A stretch of 64,000 nt of DNA, from the NCBI GenBank assembly GCA_964016885.1, contig OZ024745.1:95976001-96040000 (forward strand), written 5' to 3'. Each line of letters starts with the position of its first letter. Within the stretch, counting starts at the first letter, position 1. The stretch comes from Eledone cirrhosa (Eukaryota). Of the stretch, positions 36,651 through 49,530 are shown piece by piece. A program made the position numbers and the translations under genes. The notes under the pieces are model-generated. The model saw only the letters and a program-made list of their open reading frames with translations, searched no databases and was not told the origin of the DNA.

Positions 36651-38006
36651 TGTATAAGACAGGAATATCAAAGGAGTAACAAGCAAAAGTAAGAGTAATG
36701 AATTTGGCTTGGAAAATGCCATGTTTCACCACAATTTCACTCAGTGACTCTTGATCACATGACATTTATTACTCACTAAAGTCAAGCTTCTCTCACAATA
36801 AAATAGTAGAATTTAAGGATATTAGAGATTTTTTACCATTTATGGCTCTTCATTTTTTAAGGGCCTCAGAGATGATGAGAAGAGGGAGAAATTTCTCCCC
36901 AAACCTGAAACCTGATCTGGATGCTTGCAACAGAGTGAACTCTGCTAAAGGCTTCTTAGGACCAGATGGTGGAGTTAAACATGGCGATGAGTTAAGTCTA
37001 TTACCCAAGAACTCAGAACACAAAGATTCAGAGCAAATGAAAGGCATCTCATTTGACATCCTGGACTGGTAATTTATCACATCGATCCTGAAAGGAACGA
37101 ATAACCTTGGTGGGTTTTGAACACAGAGTGCAAAGAACTGGAACAAATACTACAAGGAATCTTGGCCAACAATTCGATAACCCTTCCAATTCCCCAACTT
37201 ATGATATACTGTGTTGGCAAAAAACAATACAAAATACAATACAAAAAGCTCAAAATAATTCTCTTATTTACACCTTAATAAATTTCACATTGGCTAATAT
37301 TATCCTAGGTAGTCTATGTCTGACATAAGGTTGGGATGGTCATGGCTGGGATACTTCTAATCATAAGTCTGTTTGATCCGGGTCTCACATGTAGTAAAAC
37401 AACAAACTACCACAATCCCACAATCCTGTCAGTCGTAAATATTTCATTACCTTGTAATTATTATTCTCAGTCTCTTTTGTCTTATGTTTCAGTATAAAGA
37501 TAATTTCTTCTTCAATTATTTCTGGTGTCACATTTTCTGTGAAACATTGAAAAAGAAATTTTGTCTTGAAGTTTTCAATAACAACCAAGAACTCTAAATC
37601 TGTCTGGAGCCTTCCAATTTTGTATTTTTTTAAAACTATTCGTTATTTTTCATTTTATTTTAAATATTTGTGATTTTGCTTTGTTATACTTTGAAATTCT
37701 ATCTGCAACTGCTTGCATCTACTCTACATCTATAATATGTTTATTATTGTAAATATCTTAATTGTATTGTTTTGATTCACTTACATCTGGCAATTCATTC
37801 TCTTGTTTTTTTTCAGCATAGTTAAGTTGTTAATAGATTTTTTTATTTTGGTATTTATAAACAATCCTGGTTTGCTTTTACATCATATTCAACTCTACAT
37901 ATATAATATTTTTTCTTCCACCCTTTCTTAATACTTTGGTTCACTCCTATTACTGTCTGTACATCCTTTCATGTTCAATTACATTTTCATTATAATACTT
38001 CACAAA

Positions 38007-38197
38007 GGGCGGTGGATTGGCAGTATCAGTAGCGAGTCTGACGCCATGCTTTGCAGCAAAGAGCTACGGCCCTTTATGGTCTGAGTTCAAATCCCGCCGA
38101 GGTTAACTTTGTCTTTCATCCTTACGGAGTCGATAAAATAAAGTACCAGTGATACACCAGTAATTGCTGGCCTTGTGCCAAAAGTAGAAACAATTAT
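38007..38197 (+). mobile_element. tRNA-derived SINE family B
   Basis: Full consensus ggcggtggattggcagt...gagttcaaatcccgccgagg...gtagaaacaattat. Confidence 0.85.
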
Positions 38198-38626
38198 AAT
38201 ACTTCATAAACTTAGTTCTTTTCAAAATATTAATGGAAGTCTTTAATCTTTGACTTCCAAGTTTCTGAATGTCTTGCATCCTCTACACTGATTTCTTATG
38301 AATTTATTAGGACAGTGATCTGACTCAACAGTACTGATTAGACTGCTAGGCTTATTCTCGTCATCACTCAGTTCAGAATAATTCTCACTTTCAAAATTGC
38401 TATATTCCCAATCTAACATTTAGGCTATTATCTGACCAGCTGATAGCTTTCTCTATACTGTTTTTTTTTTGTGTGTGTGTGTGTGTGTGATTTAGACCGA
38501 CAAAAATTGGAAAGATGCACTCAAACATACAGATGTACTTCTCATGAATATAGACGTTGTTGGTCATATCAAATAAAACATCTGATTGAGCAGAAGGTTG
38601 CCAGTTGATTTTCTTATAATGTAGGG

Positions 38627-38801
38627 CAGCATTCACCAACCAGTGGTCTGCTGACCACTGTTGTTTTTAGAGAAAATTTTGGTGGTCCCCAAGAAAATTT
38701 TAATGTATTTATCTTTTTTAAAAAAATTCATATTAGTGGTCTGCGCGATTTAAAATTAGGAATTTAGTGGTGCATGAGGTCTAAAAGGTTGGCGACTGCT
38801 G
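38627..38801. mobile_element. hAT MITE
   Basis: TIRs cagcattcaccaacc/ggttggcgactgctg; 8-bp TSD atgtaggg/atctaggg. Confidence 0.75.
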
Positions 38802-39344
38802 ATCTAGGGCACTTGTTCATTGATAGATCAGCTAATCATATTGTATGTACTAATAATTTGGATTCAAAGGGTTAAGAAATTTTACTTTAATTCCAATCTT
38901 TTTTTTTTCAGCATGACTTTGTTTCTTTGTCAAAATTTAAAGATTTTATTATCATTATGATATGTACCTACATAGTTTTATGTTCTTTATTCAAATCCCA
39001 TTGGGGAAAGTATTCAACTTTTCATATATTTGAAATTGATAAAATAGGTATAAGTCAAACTCTGGCATTTAATTTATTTGTTCTAATTCTCTGTAAATTG
39101 ACAAAGTTGTTAGAATATTAGATAAAATGTCTTGAAGTATTTGTTCGAGTTTTCTGTGCTCTGAGTTCAAATCTCACCCAGGTTAATTTTACCTGTCATC
39201 CTTTCAGGGTTGATAAATAAGGTAACTGGTCAATGGAGAAATAGGGATTAATAGGCGAAATATTATCTGAGGATACATAACTTCATACGGAGCCAATTAA
39301 ATGATCCAGTGTTGATAAGATCATCATTGTGCAAGTGATGGTTG

Positions 39345-39567
39345 TAATAATTGTTTCTACTTTAGGCACAAGGCCAGCAATTTGAAGGAGGAGGGAAAAG
39401 TTGATTAAATCGACCCCAGTGCATTACTGGTGCTTTATTTATCGACCATTAGGATGAAAAGCAAACCTAACCTCAGTGGCATTTGAATTCAGAATGTAAA
39501 GGGCCATAACTCTATGCCGCGAAGCATGATGTTCGACACTCTACTGATACTGACAATCCTACTGCCC
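39345..39567 (-). mobile_element. SINE family B; two more minus copies at 45790-46015
   Basis: Reverse complement of the family B consensus. Confidence 0.75.
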
Positions 39568-39630
<63 letters not shown>

Positions 39631-41934
39631 GCTAAAACATTCTGGAGAGGAATATGGGAGCAGGATGTTAGACACAATGCCCAGGCAGGGTGGATTGAGA
39701 CAGTACAGAGGGAGATCGGTGAGCAGGCACAGCAACAGACTGATTTGAGTATCACAGTTGAAACTCTTAAGGGGCAAGCCAAAAAACTAACCAACTGGAA
39801 ATCACCAGGCCCAGATGGTGTGCAGGGGTATTGGATTAAACATTTAACATCCCTCCACCCGAAGCTGACGGCCATGTTCAATGACTGCTTGGTGTCGGGT
39901 GAGGTGCCAGAGTGGTTGACAAAAGGTACCACAGTTCTGATAATGAAAGACCGAATCAAGGGTAATGATGTTACCAACTATAGACCTATCACATGTCTGC
40001 CCGTAATGTGGAAACTGTTGACGAGCATTGTGTCTGAGGAAATCTACCATCACCTCCACACAAACAACTTGTTGCCGGACGAACAGAAAGGATGCCGAAA
40101 GAAGTCACGTGGTACAAAGGACCAGTTGCTTATTGATAAGATGGTAATGGGGAATTGCAGGAGGAGACACACTGATCTTGCCATGGGATGGATAGACTAC
40201 AGAAAGGCATTTGACATGGTGCCTCATTCCTGGATCACCAAAAGCCTGGAGATCTTCAGGGTGGCAGATAACATCAGACAGTTGCTGGGCAGGAGTATGG
40301 GGTCCTGGGAGACAGAGTTGACATCAACTGGAGTATCCTTGGGAAGCGTGAAGATCAAGAGAGGTATCTTCCAGGGAGATAGCCTGTCCCCTCTGTTGTT
40401 TGTCCTTGCCCTGATGCCCTTGACCATTATGCTGCGAAAAGTGAGAGCAGGATACAAGTTGGGAAGGGGAGAGCTTACCATCAATCACCTCCTCTTCATG
40501 GACGATCTTAAGCTCTTCGGGAAAAGTGAGAAGGAGTTGGATGTGCTTGTTGACACTGTCCGTATTTTCAGCAGTGATATATGTATGCAGTTTGGTATTG
40601 GTAAATGTGGAGTCATTGTGATGAGGAGGGGTAGGTTGAGCAGAAGTAACGGGATCCAGATACCAACAGGTGAGATGATAAAGGAAATTGACTCTGAGGA
40701 AGGATACAAGTATTTGGGCGTTCTGGAGGCTGATGGCATAAAGAACAAAAAAATGAAGGAATTGTTAAAAACTGAATACATTCGGAGAGTAAGGAGTGTA
40801 TTGAAGTCACATCTGAACAGCAGAAATGCCATAAGCGCAGTAAATTCCCGAGCTGTGTCTATTATTAGGTACAGTGCGGGAATTCTGAGATGGAATGTTG
40901 CTGAACAAAAAGAAATGGATAGGAAGACTAGGAAGCTATTGACTATCTACAACATGTTCCACAAGAGGAGTGATGTCGATAGACTCTACCTAAGGAGATC
41001 TGAGGGTGGAAGAGGTCTTATCAGCATAGAGGACTGTGTTCAGATGGAGAAAAACAACCTATACAAATACGTGACCTATAGTAAGGAGCCAATGCTCAGA
41101 GCTGTACTGAAGGAGGGGACAGTAGGCCAGGGGATACCCAAGGAGGAAATAACATCAAGGAGGAAGAGCAGCCTTAAGGGAAAATCCCTTCATAGTACCT
41201 TCTTTGAGAAAACTGAATTTAGAGATCCACAGACATGGAACTGGTTGAGAAGAGGAGACCTCAAAAAGGCTACAGAAGGAATGCTAATGGCTGCGCAGGA
41301 GCAGGCCCTCAAAACGAAGTGGTTGAAGCACCATATCTACAAGGAGGAGGCTAGCCCACTGTGCAGGATCTGTGGAGAGAGAGAGGAGACTGTGGCTCAC
41401 ATTGTGTCCGAGTGTAAACACCTAGCCCAGACCCACTATAAGGGCTGGAGACACGATGTGATGGGCAGGGTGATCCACTGGCACCTGTGCAAAGTAAACA
41501 ATCTACCACATTCTGAGAAATGGTATGAGCATAGGCCAGAGGCGATGATGGAGAACAGTCAGGTGAAGGTGCTGTGGGATTTTAGGATACAGACAGACAA
41601 AAAACTGGAACACAATAGACCTGACCTGGTGGTTGTGGACAAAGAAAAAAGATCGTGCCTGATTGTGGATGTGGCCTGCCCGTTCGACACGAGAGTGCAA
41701 GAGAAGGAGAGGGAGAAAATTAACCGATACCAGGACCTAAAGTGGGAGGTGAAAAGGATTTGGAACTGCCATGAAGTCAAAGTGATCCCGATTGTCATAG
41801 GCGCACTGGGGACTATCTCCAAAGGTTTCCAGGGATGGTTAAAGAAAATCGGCCCCTTCACGCTTTTTGGAACGCTTCAAAAGGCATGCTTGCTTGGAAC
41901 GGCAAGAACCCTCCGATACGTCCTGAATATCTGA
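39631..41934 (+). CDS. Uninterrupted RT-CCHC-RLE polyprotein (5'-truncated)
   Basis: Frame open from 39631 (AKTFW); WIDYRKAFD, GIFQGDSLSPLLF, LFMDDLK; CRIC..H..C; RHD; RPDLVV..DVACP..EKINRY. Confidence 0.9.
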   Translation, partial: AKTFWRGIWEQDVRHNAQAGWIETVQREIGEQAQQQTDLSITVETLKGQAKKLTNWKSPGPDGVQGYWIKHLTSLHPKLTAMFNDCLVSGEVPEWLTKGTTVLIMKDRIKGNDVTNYRPITCLPVMWKLLTSIVSEEIYHHLHTNNLLPDEQKGCRKKSRGTKDQLLIDKMVMGNCRRRHTDLAMGWIDYRKAFDMVPHSWITKSLEIFRVADNIRQLLGRSMGSWETELTSTGVSLGSVKIKRGIFQGDSLSPLLFVLALMPLTIMLRKVRAGYKLGRGELTINHLLFMDDLKLFGKSEKELDVLVDTVRIFSSDICMQFGIGKCGVIVMRRGRLSRSNGIQIPTGEMIKEIDSEEGYKYLGVLEADGIKNKKMKELLKTEYIRRVRSVLKSHLNSRNAISAVNSRAVSIIRYSAGILRWNVAEQKEMDRKTRKLLTIYNMFHKRSDVDRLYLRRSEGGRGLISIEDCVQMEKNNLYKYVTYSKEPMLRAVLKEGTVGQGIPKEEITSRRKSSLKGKSLHSTFFEKTEFRDPQTWNWLRRGDLKKATEGMLMAAQEQALKTKWLKHHIYKEEASPLCRICGEREETVAHIVSECKHLAQTHYKGWRHDVMGRVIHWHLCKVNNLPHSEKWYEHRPEAMMENSQVKVLWDFRIQTDKKLEHNRPDLVVVDKEKRSCLIVDVACPFDTRVQEKEREKINRYQDLKWEVKRIWNCHEVKVIPIVIGALGTISKGFQGWLKKIGPFTLFGTLQKACLLGTARTLRYVLNI

Positions 41935-42010
41935 GGCTGCAGGTAGTGGCTTGATATTCAATCCAACGGACTTTCCAGTTAACCAACATCAATGACTGAG
42001 ATTCAAGGAA
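39631..42010 (+). mobile_element. R4/Dong-type RLE non-LTR retrotransposon, family A, 5'-truncated, inserted in (TAA)n
   Basis: Starts directly after (TAA)n 39568-39630 and ends in a taa/caa tail; RT plus zinc knuckle plus RLE. Confidence 0.92.
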
Positions 42011-42030
42011 TAACAATAACAATAATAATA

Positions 42031-45026
42031 AAAACTAAACATTACTGACTTAAACCATCTCTATTATGCATCGGCTAAAGTCACCACTCACTTATGTGGA
42101 GTGAAGATGAAAAAACAAAGGAATTCCCACAAGAAATCTACTTGGCAAGATAACATCAATCGCCAAATAAACCTTCTCCGATCTGACATAGAAATTTTAA
42201 CAAACTATAAAGTAGGTGAACATGTTAAACAAACTAAACTTAAAAAATTGAAAAAAAAGTACAGTATAAGATCAACATGTGACATAGACATGCTGATAGA
42301 AACAATCAAGCAAAAAGTGTCGGCCAAAGCTGCTCGTATAAGGCGCTTTGAAAAACGATCTAGATTTTATAAGGACAATAATATGTTAAAAAACAACCAA
42401 AGAAACTTCTACAGAAAAATTGGTAAGTCAACAATAACTGCTAAATCAATACCACCCAAGGAGGAAGTGCAAGAATTCTGGGAAAAGATCTGGGCCGAAG
42501 AAAAAGTTCATAACATACATGCCCCATGGATAGACAGACAAATGAAAGAAACAGCTCACCTTGAAGAACAAACATGGGAAAATATAACAGTTGAACAGCT
42601 GCGCTTGGCTCTAAGAAAAACCAGCAAATGGAAATCCCCAGGAAAAGACAAAATACAAAACTTTTGGATAAATGCCTTCACAGAGTCTCATGAGCTGTTA
42701 GCCCAACTTTACAATGAAATAGTTAAGGAGCCAGAAAAGATACCATCATGGCTAGTTAACGGCATTACATTCCTGCTACCGAAGAATGATGAGACAAACA
42801 ATCCCAAAAATTACAGACCGATAACCTGCTTGACCACAATGTATAAAATTTTAACATCAGTCCTAACTGAATACACATATGACCACCTGATAACAAATGA
42901 CCTATTTCCCATTGAGCAGAAAGGGTGTAAACGAGGCTCATATGGCTGTAAGGATCAGCTTCTGGTTAACAAAATGATACTGGAAGATTGTCATAATAGA
43001 CACAAAAATCTATCGATTGCTTGGATAGATTATAAAAAAGCATTTGATAGTTTGCCACACAGTTGGATTGAAAAATGTTTAGAGATTTTCAAAATATCCC
43101 CCGTTATCAGGAGGTTTTTGTCATTCAGTATGAGGACATGGAGAACGACACTCCTTTTGAATAGTGAAACAAAATCACTGGAAGCTGGAGAAGTTAACAT
43201 TAATTGTGGAATTTTTCAGGGTGACTCTTTATCACCGCTTTTATTCTGCATCGCACTTATACCATTAAGTAAAATGCTCAATGAAACAAAACATGGATAT
43301 AGAGTCTATGACAAAACCATTAATCACCTGTTCTACATGGATGACCTGAAACTATTTGCAAAAAATGATGAACAATTGCAAGGGCTATTATCCACTGTGA
43401 AGCAGTTCAGTGATGACATTAAAATGGAGTTTGGACTGGATAAATGCGCCAAAGCAACGTTCACCAGAGGAAAGCTGCTGAAGAGTTCAGACATTAATCT
43501 TGATCGGGGGAACGTGATAAGAGAGCTTGATCAAGAACAAACTTACAAATATCTAGGTGTTTGTGAAGGAGACGGAATCAAGCACTCGACAATGAAGGAA
43601 AGGATAAGGAAGGAATGTTACCGCAGAGTCAGAGCAATCTTAAGAACGGAATTGAATGCAAGGAATAGGATCGATGCCATAAACACGCTTGCCATACCAG
43701 TAGTAACCTACAGTTACAATGTCATCAACTGGTCAAGCACAGAGATCCGTAGGCTCGATACAAAACTCCGAAAATTCTTAACCATGCACAGAATGCATCA
43801 CCCTAAGGCAGACATAGATAGAATATATCTCCCTAGGAAAGAAGGAGGACGTGGGTTAATCCAGTTAGACATTCCGTTGAAAACTGCAACAATTGGATTA
43901 TCCACATATCTAAGGGAATCACATGATTGGATGATCAAACTCGTTTTGAAACACGAAAGCACCAAAAGATCATATTCCATTACAAAAGATGCACAAAGAT
44001 ACAGTAATGGACTACAAATTTCAGAAGTCCCATTTACTGCTGAAATGGAAAACACAGAAAAAGCAAAGCAGGTAAAAGTAACTGCAAAGAAAGAACTGCT
44101 ACAGAAACTGGCTAAGAAATGGCAAGAAAAGCCTCTGTATGGAAAATACCCAGAGCGAGCTAACAATCCTGATGTTGACAAAACTTTAACCCATCAGTGG
44201 TTGGCATCCTCTGGACTGAAATCGGAGACTGAAGGACTGATTATATCCGCACAAGATCAGTGTCTGCCAACAAAAAATTACCAAGCCAACATAATAAAAA
44301 ATGGGTGCAGCCCATTATGCCGTGTATGCAAAAAACAACCAGAGACCATTGACCATATAATTTCAATGTGCAGTCCTATAGCTCCAACCGAATACCTAAA
44401 CAGGCATGACAGAGCTGCACAATACATACATTGGATAATGTGTAAGCATTTTGACCTGCCCCATCAAAAGAATTGGTGGGAGCATCAACCACCTCCCATA
44501 CTTGAAAAAGATCACATCTCAATCTTCTGGAACTTTAGCATCCAAACAGACCGAAAAATAGATGCAAATAGACCTGATATAATATTGAAAGACTTTCAAA
44601 AGAGGGTATGCCTGCTAATTGATATGTCTGTTCCAATAGACAAGAATGTATCTATAAAAACATTTGAAAAATTGAGCAAGTATAAGGACCTGGAGATAGA
44701 AATTGGAAAAATGTGGAAATTGAGAACTAAAACAATACCAGTGGTTGTAGGCGCTCTGGGGATGATACCTAAGGGGTCTAACGACTACTTATTGCAAATC
44801 CCAGGAAACCCGCGTATAGGAGAAATACAAAAGATAGTACTAATGGGAACTGCCCATATACTAAGGAAGATCCTGTCAATATAAGTACATCACAAGTCTA
44901 AACACTAAGGATGCATGTGTGAATATGTGTGTTCTTTCTTGAACATGGCGGGCCTTGTTGTCTCTTGAGGTCACTGGTTGTGACTTGGTGATAACTCGTA
45001 TAAACATAAAGCAAGATAAATGCAAA
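42031..45026 (+). mobile_element. R4/Dong-type RLE non-LTR retrotransposon, family B, 5'-truncated
   Basis: Begins in the (TAA)n tail of family A; ends at (TAA)n 45026-45041. Confidence 0.92.
42032..44884 (+). CDS. Uninterrupted RT-CCHC-RLE polyprotein
   Basis: 927-aa ORF, frame open from 42032: WIDYKKAFD, GIFQGDSLSP, FYMDDLK, CRVC..H..C, RHD, RPDII..DMSVP..EKLSKY. Confidence 0.92.
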   Translation, partial: KLNITDLNHLYYASAKVTTHLCGVKMKKQRNSHKKSTWQDNINRQINLLRSDIEILTNYKVGEHVKQTKLKKLKKKYSIRSTCDIDMLIETIKQKVSAKAARIRRFEKRSRFYKDNNMLKNNQRNFYRKIGKSTITAKSIPPKEEVQEFWEKIWAEEKVHNIHAPWIDRQMKETAHLEEQTWENITVEQLRLALRKTSKWKSPGKDKIQNFWINAFTESHELLAQLYNEIVKEPEKIPSWLVNGITFLLPKNDETNNPKNYRPITCLTTMYKILTSVLTEYTYDHLITNDLFPIEQKGCKRGSYGCKDQLLVNKMILEDCHNRHKNLSIAWIDYKKAFDSLPHSWIEKCLEIFKISPVIRRFLSFSMRTWRTTLLLNSETKSLEAGEVNINCGIFQGDSLSPLLFCIALIPLSKMLNETKHGYRVYDKTINHLFYMDDLKLFAKNDEQLQGLLSTVKQFSDDIKMEFGLDKCAKATFTRGKLLKSSDINLDRGNVIRELDQEQTYKYLGVCEGDGIKHSTMKERIRKECYRRVRAILRTELNARNRIDAINTLAIPVVTYSYNVINWSSTEIRRLDTKLRKFLTMHRMHHPKADIDRIYLPRKEGGRGLIQLDIPLKTATIGLSTYLRESHDWMIKLVLKHESTKRSYSITKDAQRYSNGLQISEVPFTAEMENTEKAKQVKVTAKKELLQKLAKKWQEKPLYGKYPERANNPDVDKTLTHQWLASSGLKSETEGLIISAQDQCLPTKNYQANIIKNGCSPLCRVCKKQPETIDHIISMCSPIAPTEYLNRHDRAAQYIHWIMCKHFDLPHQKNWWEHQPPPILEKDHISIFWNFSIQTDRKIDANRPDIILKDFQKRVCLLIDMSVPIDKNVSIKTFEKLSKYKDLEIEIGKMWKLRTKTIPVVVGALGMIPKGSNDYLLQIPGNPRIGEIQKIVLMGTAHILRKILSI

Positions 45027-45040
45027 TAATAATAATAATA

Positions 45041-45776
45041 ATATGGGAGCAGGATGTTGAACATAATAGTCAGGCAGTGTGGATTGAGACAGTATGAAAG
45101 GAGATTAGTGAACAAGCACACCAACAACCTGATTTGAGTATCACAGTTGAAACTCTTAAAGGGCAGGCCAAAAAACTAACTAACTGGAAATCACCAGGCC
45201 CAGATGGTGTGCAGGGGTATTGGATTAAAAATATAACATCCCTCCACCCAAAACTGACAACCATGTTCAATGACTGCTTGATGTCAGGTGAGGTACCAGA
45301 GTGGTTGACAAAAGGTACCGCAGTTCTTGTAATGAAAGACCGAATCAAGGGTAATGATGTTACCAACTATAGACCTATCACATGTCTGTCCGTAATGTGG
45401 AAACTGTTAACAAGCATTGTGTCTGAGGAAATCTACCATCACCTCCACATAACCAACTTGATACCGGACGAACAGAAAGGATGCCGAAAGAAGTCCCATG
45501 GTACAAAAGACCAGTTACCTATTGATAAGATGGTAATGAAGAATTGCAAGAGTCCCGATTGTCATAGGCACACTAGGTACTATCTCAAAGAGTTTCCAAG
45601 GATGGTTAAAGAAAGTTATTCCAGCCCCGCTTTTTGGATCACTTTAAAAGGCATGCTTGCTGGGAACAGCAAGAACCCTCCGATATGTCCAGAATATCTG
45701 AGGCTGCAGGTAGCAGCTTGATATTCATTTCAACAAACTTTCCAGTTAACTAACATCAATGACTGAGACTCAAAGA
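45041..45776 (+). mobile_element. Internally deleted family A copy
   Basis: Matches about 39651-40160 fused near 45550 to about 41785-42010. Confidence 0.88.
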
Positions 45777-46020
45777 ATAATAATAATATAATAATTGTTT
45801 CTACTTTTGGCACAAGGCCAGCAATTATCCCAGTGCATTACTGGTACTTTATTTTATCGACCCCGTAAGGATGAAAAGCAAAGTTAACCTCGGTGGGATT
45901 TGAACTCAGATCGTAATAATAATAATAATAATTGTTTCTACTTTCGGCACAAGGCCAGCAATTATCCCAGTGGTACTTTATTTTATCGACCCCGTAAGGA
46001 TGAAAGGCAAAGTTAATAAT

Positions 46021-49000
46021 AATCCCAAAACAGAGACTATATTGACAGTAGCAAACTAGCTAATATACGAAGAAATATTGTTAAGAAAAAGTTACTAACT
46101 GATATAGAAATTGGTCAGATCAAACAATTAGCGCAGTCAGCAAAGGGAAAATGAAACATGTGTCAGTGAAAACGAGGTAAATTGTTACACTTCAAATCCC
46201 AGGGTTGGGGCGGAATCACTGACAACAAAACAAATTAAAGAAAGGATCGAAAAAGTGGAAGGAGTGCTTGCTCAAGATGAAACTCGAAATGAAAACAATG
46301 AGATCATCAATTATAAAGAAATGAATGAGAATGAACTCGCCAACTTGAAAATGAAAGAATCTGACATGAGGGAACAAGACACTCTCCCTAAGATCCAGAA
46401 CTCCAAACAAAACCATAGGACAAAAACACAAGACTAACATAACTATCAAAAACATTATCATCACAAATAAACTAAACATTACTGATCTAAATCATCTCTA
46501 TTAGGCTAAAGTCACCACTCACTTATGTGGAGTGAAGATGAAAAAACAAAGGAATTCCCACAAAAAAAACCTGCTTGGCAAGAGAACATCAATCGCCAAA
46601 TAAACCTTCTCCGATCTGACATAGAAATTTTAACAAACTACAAAGTAGGTGAACAAACTAAACTTAGAAAATTGAAAAGGAAATACAGTATAAAATCAAC
46701 ATGTGACATAGACATGCTGATAGAAACAATCAAGCAAAAAGTGTCGGCCAAAGCTGCTCGTATAAGGCGCTTTGAAAAACGATCTAGATTCTATAAGGAC
46801 AATAATATGTTAAAAAACAGCCAAAGAAACTTCTACAGAAAAATTGGCAAGTCAACAATAACTGCTAAATCAATACCACCCAAGGAGGAAGTGCAAGAAT
46901 TATGGGAAAAGATTTGGGCCGAAGAAAAAGTTCATAATATACATACCCCATGGATAGACAGACAAATGAAAGATACAGCTCACCTTGAGGAACAAACATG
47001 GGAAAATATGACAGTTGAACATCTGCGTTTAGCTCTTAGATAATCCAGCAAATGGAAATCCCCAGGGAAAGACAAAATATCAAATTTTTGGATAAATGCC
47101 TTCACAGAGTGTCATGAGCTGTTAGCCCAACTTTACAATGAAATGGTTAAGGAGCCAGAAAAGATACCATCATGACTAGTTAACGGCATTACATTCCTAC
47201 ATCCGAAGAATGATGAGACAAACAATCCCCAAAATTACAGAACGATAACTTGCTTGACCACAATGTATAAAATTTTAACATCAGTCCTAACTGAATATAC
47301 ATATGATCACACGATAACAGATGATCTATTTCCCAATGAGCAGAAAGGGTGTAAACGAGGCTCATATGGTTGTAAGGATCAGTTTAACAAAATTATACTG
47401 GAAGATTGTCATAATAGACACAAAAATCTATCAATTGCTTGGATAGATTACAAAAAAGCATTCGATAGTTTGCCACACAGTTGGATTGAAAAGTGTTTAG
47501 AGATTTTCAAAATATCTCCCATTGTCAGGGGGTTCCTGTCATTCAGTATGAAGACATGGAAAACGACACTCCTTTTGAATAGTGAAAAAAAATCACTGGA
47601 AGCTGGAGAAGTTAATATTAATTGTGGAATTTTTCAGGGTGACTCTTTATCACCGCTTTTATTCTGCATCGCACTTATACCATTAAGTAAAATGCTCAAT
47701 GAAACAAAACATGGATATAAAGTCTATGACAAAACCATTAATCACCTGTTCTACATGGATGACCTGAAACTATTTGCAAATAATGATGAGCAATTGCAAG
47801 GGCTATTACCCACTGTGAAGCAGTTCAGTGATGATATTAAAATGGAGTTTGGACTAGATAAATGCGCCAAAGCCACGTTTACCAGAGGAAAGTTGCTGAA
47901 AAGTTCAGACATTAATCTTGATCAGGGGAATGTGATAAGAGAACTTGATCAAGAGGAAACATACAAATATTTAGGTGTTTGTGAAGGAGACGGAATCAAG
48001 CACTCGACAATGAGGAAAGGAAAAGGAAGGAATGTTACTGCAGAGTAAGAGCAATCTTAAGAACGGAATTGAATGCAAGGAATAGGATCGATGGCATAAA
48101 CACGCTTGCCATACCAGTAGTAACCTACAGTTACAATGTCATCAACTGGTTAAGCACAAAGATCTATAGGCTCGATACAAAAATTAGAAAATTCTTAACC
48201 ATTCACAGATTGCATCACCCTAAGGCAGATACAGATAGAATATATCTCCCTAGGAAAGAAGGAGGACGTGGATTAATCCAGTTAGATATTGCTTTGAAAA
48301 CTGCAACAATTGGATTATCTACATATCTGAGGGAATCACATGATTGGATGATCAAACTTGTTTTGAATCACGAAAGCATCAAAAGATCAAAAGATGCACA
48401 AAGATACAGTAATGGACTACAAATTTCAGAAGTTCCATTTACTGCTGAAATGAAAAACACAGAAAAAGCAAAGCATGTAAAAGTAACTGCAAAGAAAGAA
48501 CTGCTACAGAAACTGGCAAGAAAAGCCTCTGTATGGAAAATACCCAGAAAGAGCTAACAATTCTGATGTTGACAAAACTTTAACCCAACAGTGGTTGGCA
48601 TCCTCTGGACTGAAATCAGAGACTGAAGGACTGATTATATCAGCACAAGATCAGTGTCTGCCAACAAAAAATTATCAAGCCAACATAATAAAAAATGGAT
48701 GCAACCCATTATGCCATGTATGTAAAAAACAATCAGAGATCATTGATCATATAATTTCAATGTGCAGTCCTAAAGCTCCAACCGAATACCTAAACACGCA
48801 CGACAGAGCTGCACAATACATACATTGGATAATGTGTAAGCATTTTGACCTACCCCATCAAAAGAATTGGTGGGAGCATCAACCACCTTCCGTACTTGAA
48901 AAAGATCACATCTCAGTCTTGTGGAACTTTAGCATCCAAACAGACTGAAAAATAGATGCAAATAGACCTGATATAATACTGAAGGACTTTAAAAAGAAGG

Positions 49001-49516
49001 TATGCCTGCTAATTGATATCATCATCACCGTTTTACGTCCGTTCTTCCACACTAGCATGGGTTAGACAGGTTGTTTTATTGTGGGCAGTATCCGGTCGGC
49101 TGACCTTGTCTTGCTCATATGGGAACTGATTCTGGCTTGATTTCTACAGCTGGATGCCCTTTCTAACACCAACCTCATTTACAGTGAGTGCTGGGTGCTT
49201 TTTTCCGTGGCGCCTACACGTCCACTTTATAGTGTGGGCTGGGTGCTTTTTTGCCATGGCACCTCCACGACCACTTTGCAGTGGAAGGATAGGGACTCCA
49301 GTCCTATCATTTCATTTCTACAGCGAGTAAACTGGTGCAATGTGAAATAAAGTGTCTTGTTTAAGGAAACAACACATCACCCAGTCCGAGAATTGAACTC
49401 ACAACCTTTCGATTGCAAGCCCAATGCTCTAACCACTAAGCCTATGTCCGTTCCAATAGACAAGAATGTATCTATAAAAACATTTGAAAAATTGAGCAAG
49501 TATAAAGACCTGGAGA
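46021..49516 (+). pseudogene. Decayed family B copy with longer 5' end; interrupted by a SINE and 3'-truncated
   Basis: ORF pieces 46525-48948 closely match 42101..44884 with stops and frameshifts. Confidence 0.9.
49017..49442 (-). mobile_element. SINE family A nested in the family B RLE domain
   Basis: Splits ctaattgata|tgtc.gttccaataga; head slightly truncated. Confidence 0.88.
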
Positions 49517-49530
49517 TAATAATAATAATA

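Noticed and set aside
36842-37146. Short ORFs as a possible host exon
   Set aside because: No recognisable domain or splice support; cannot be supported without homology or RNA-seq data
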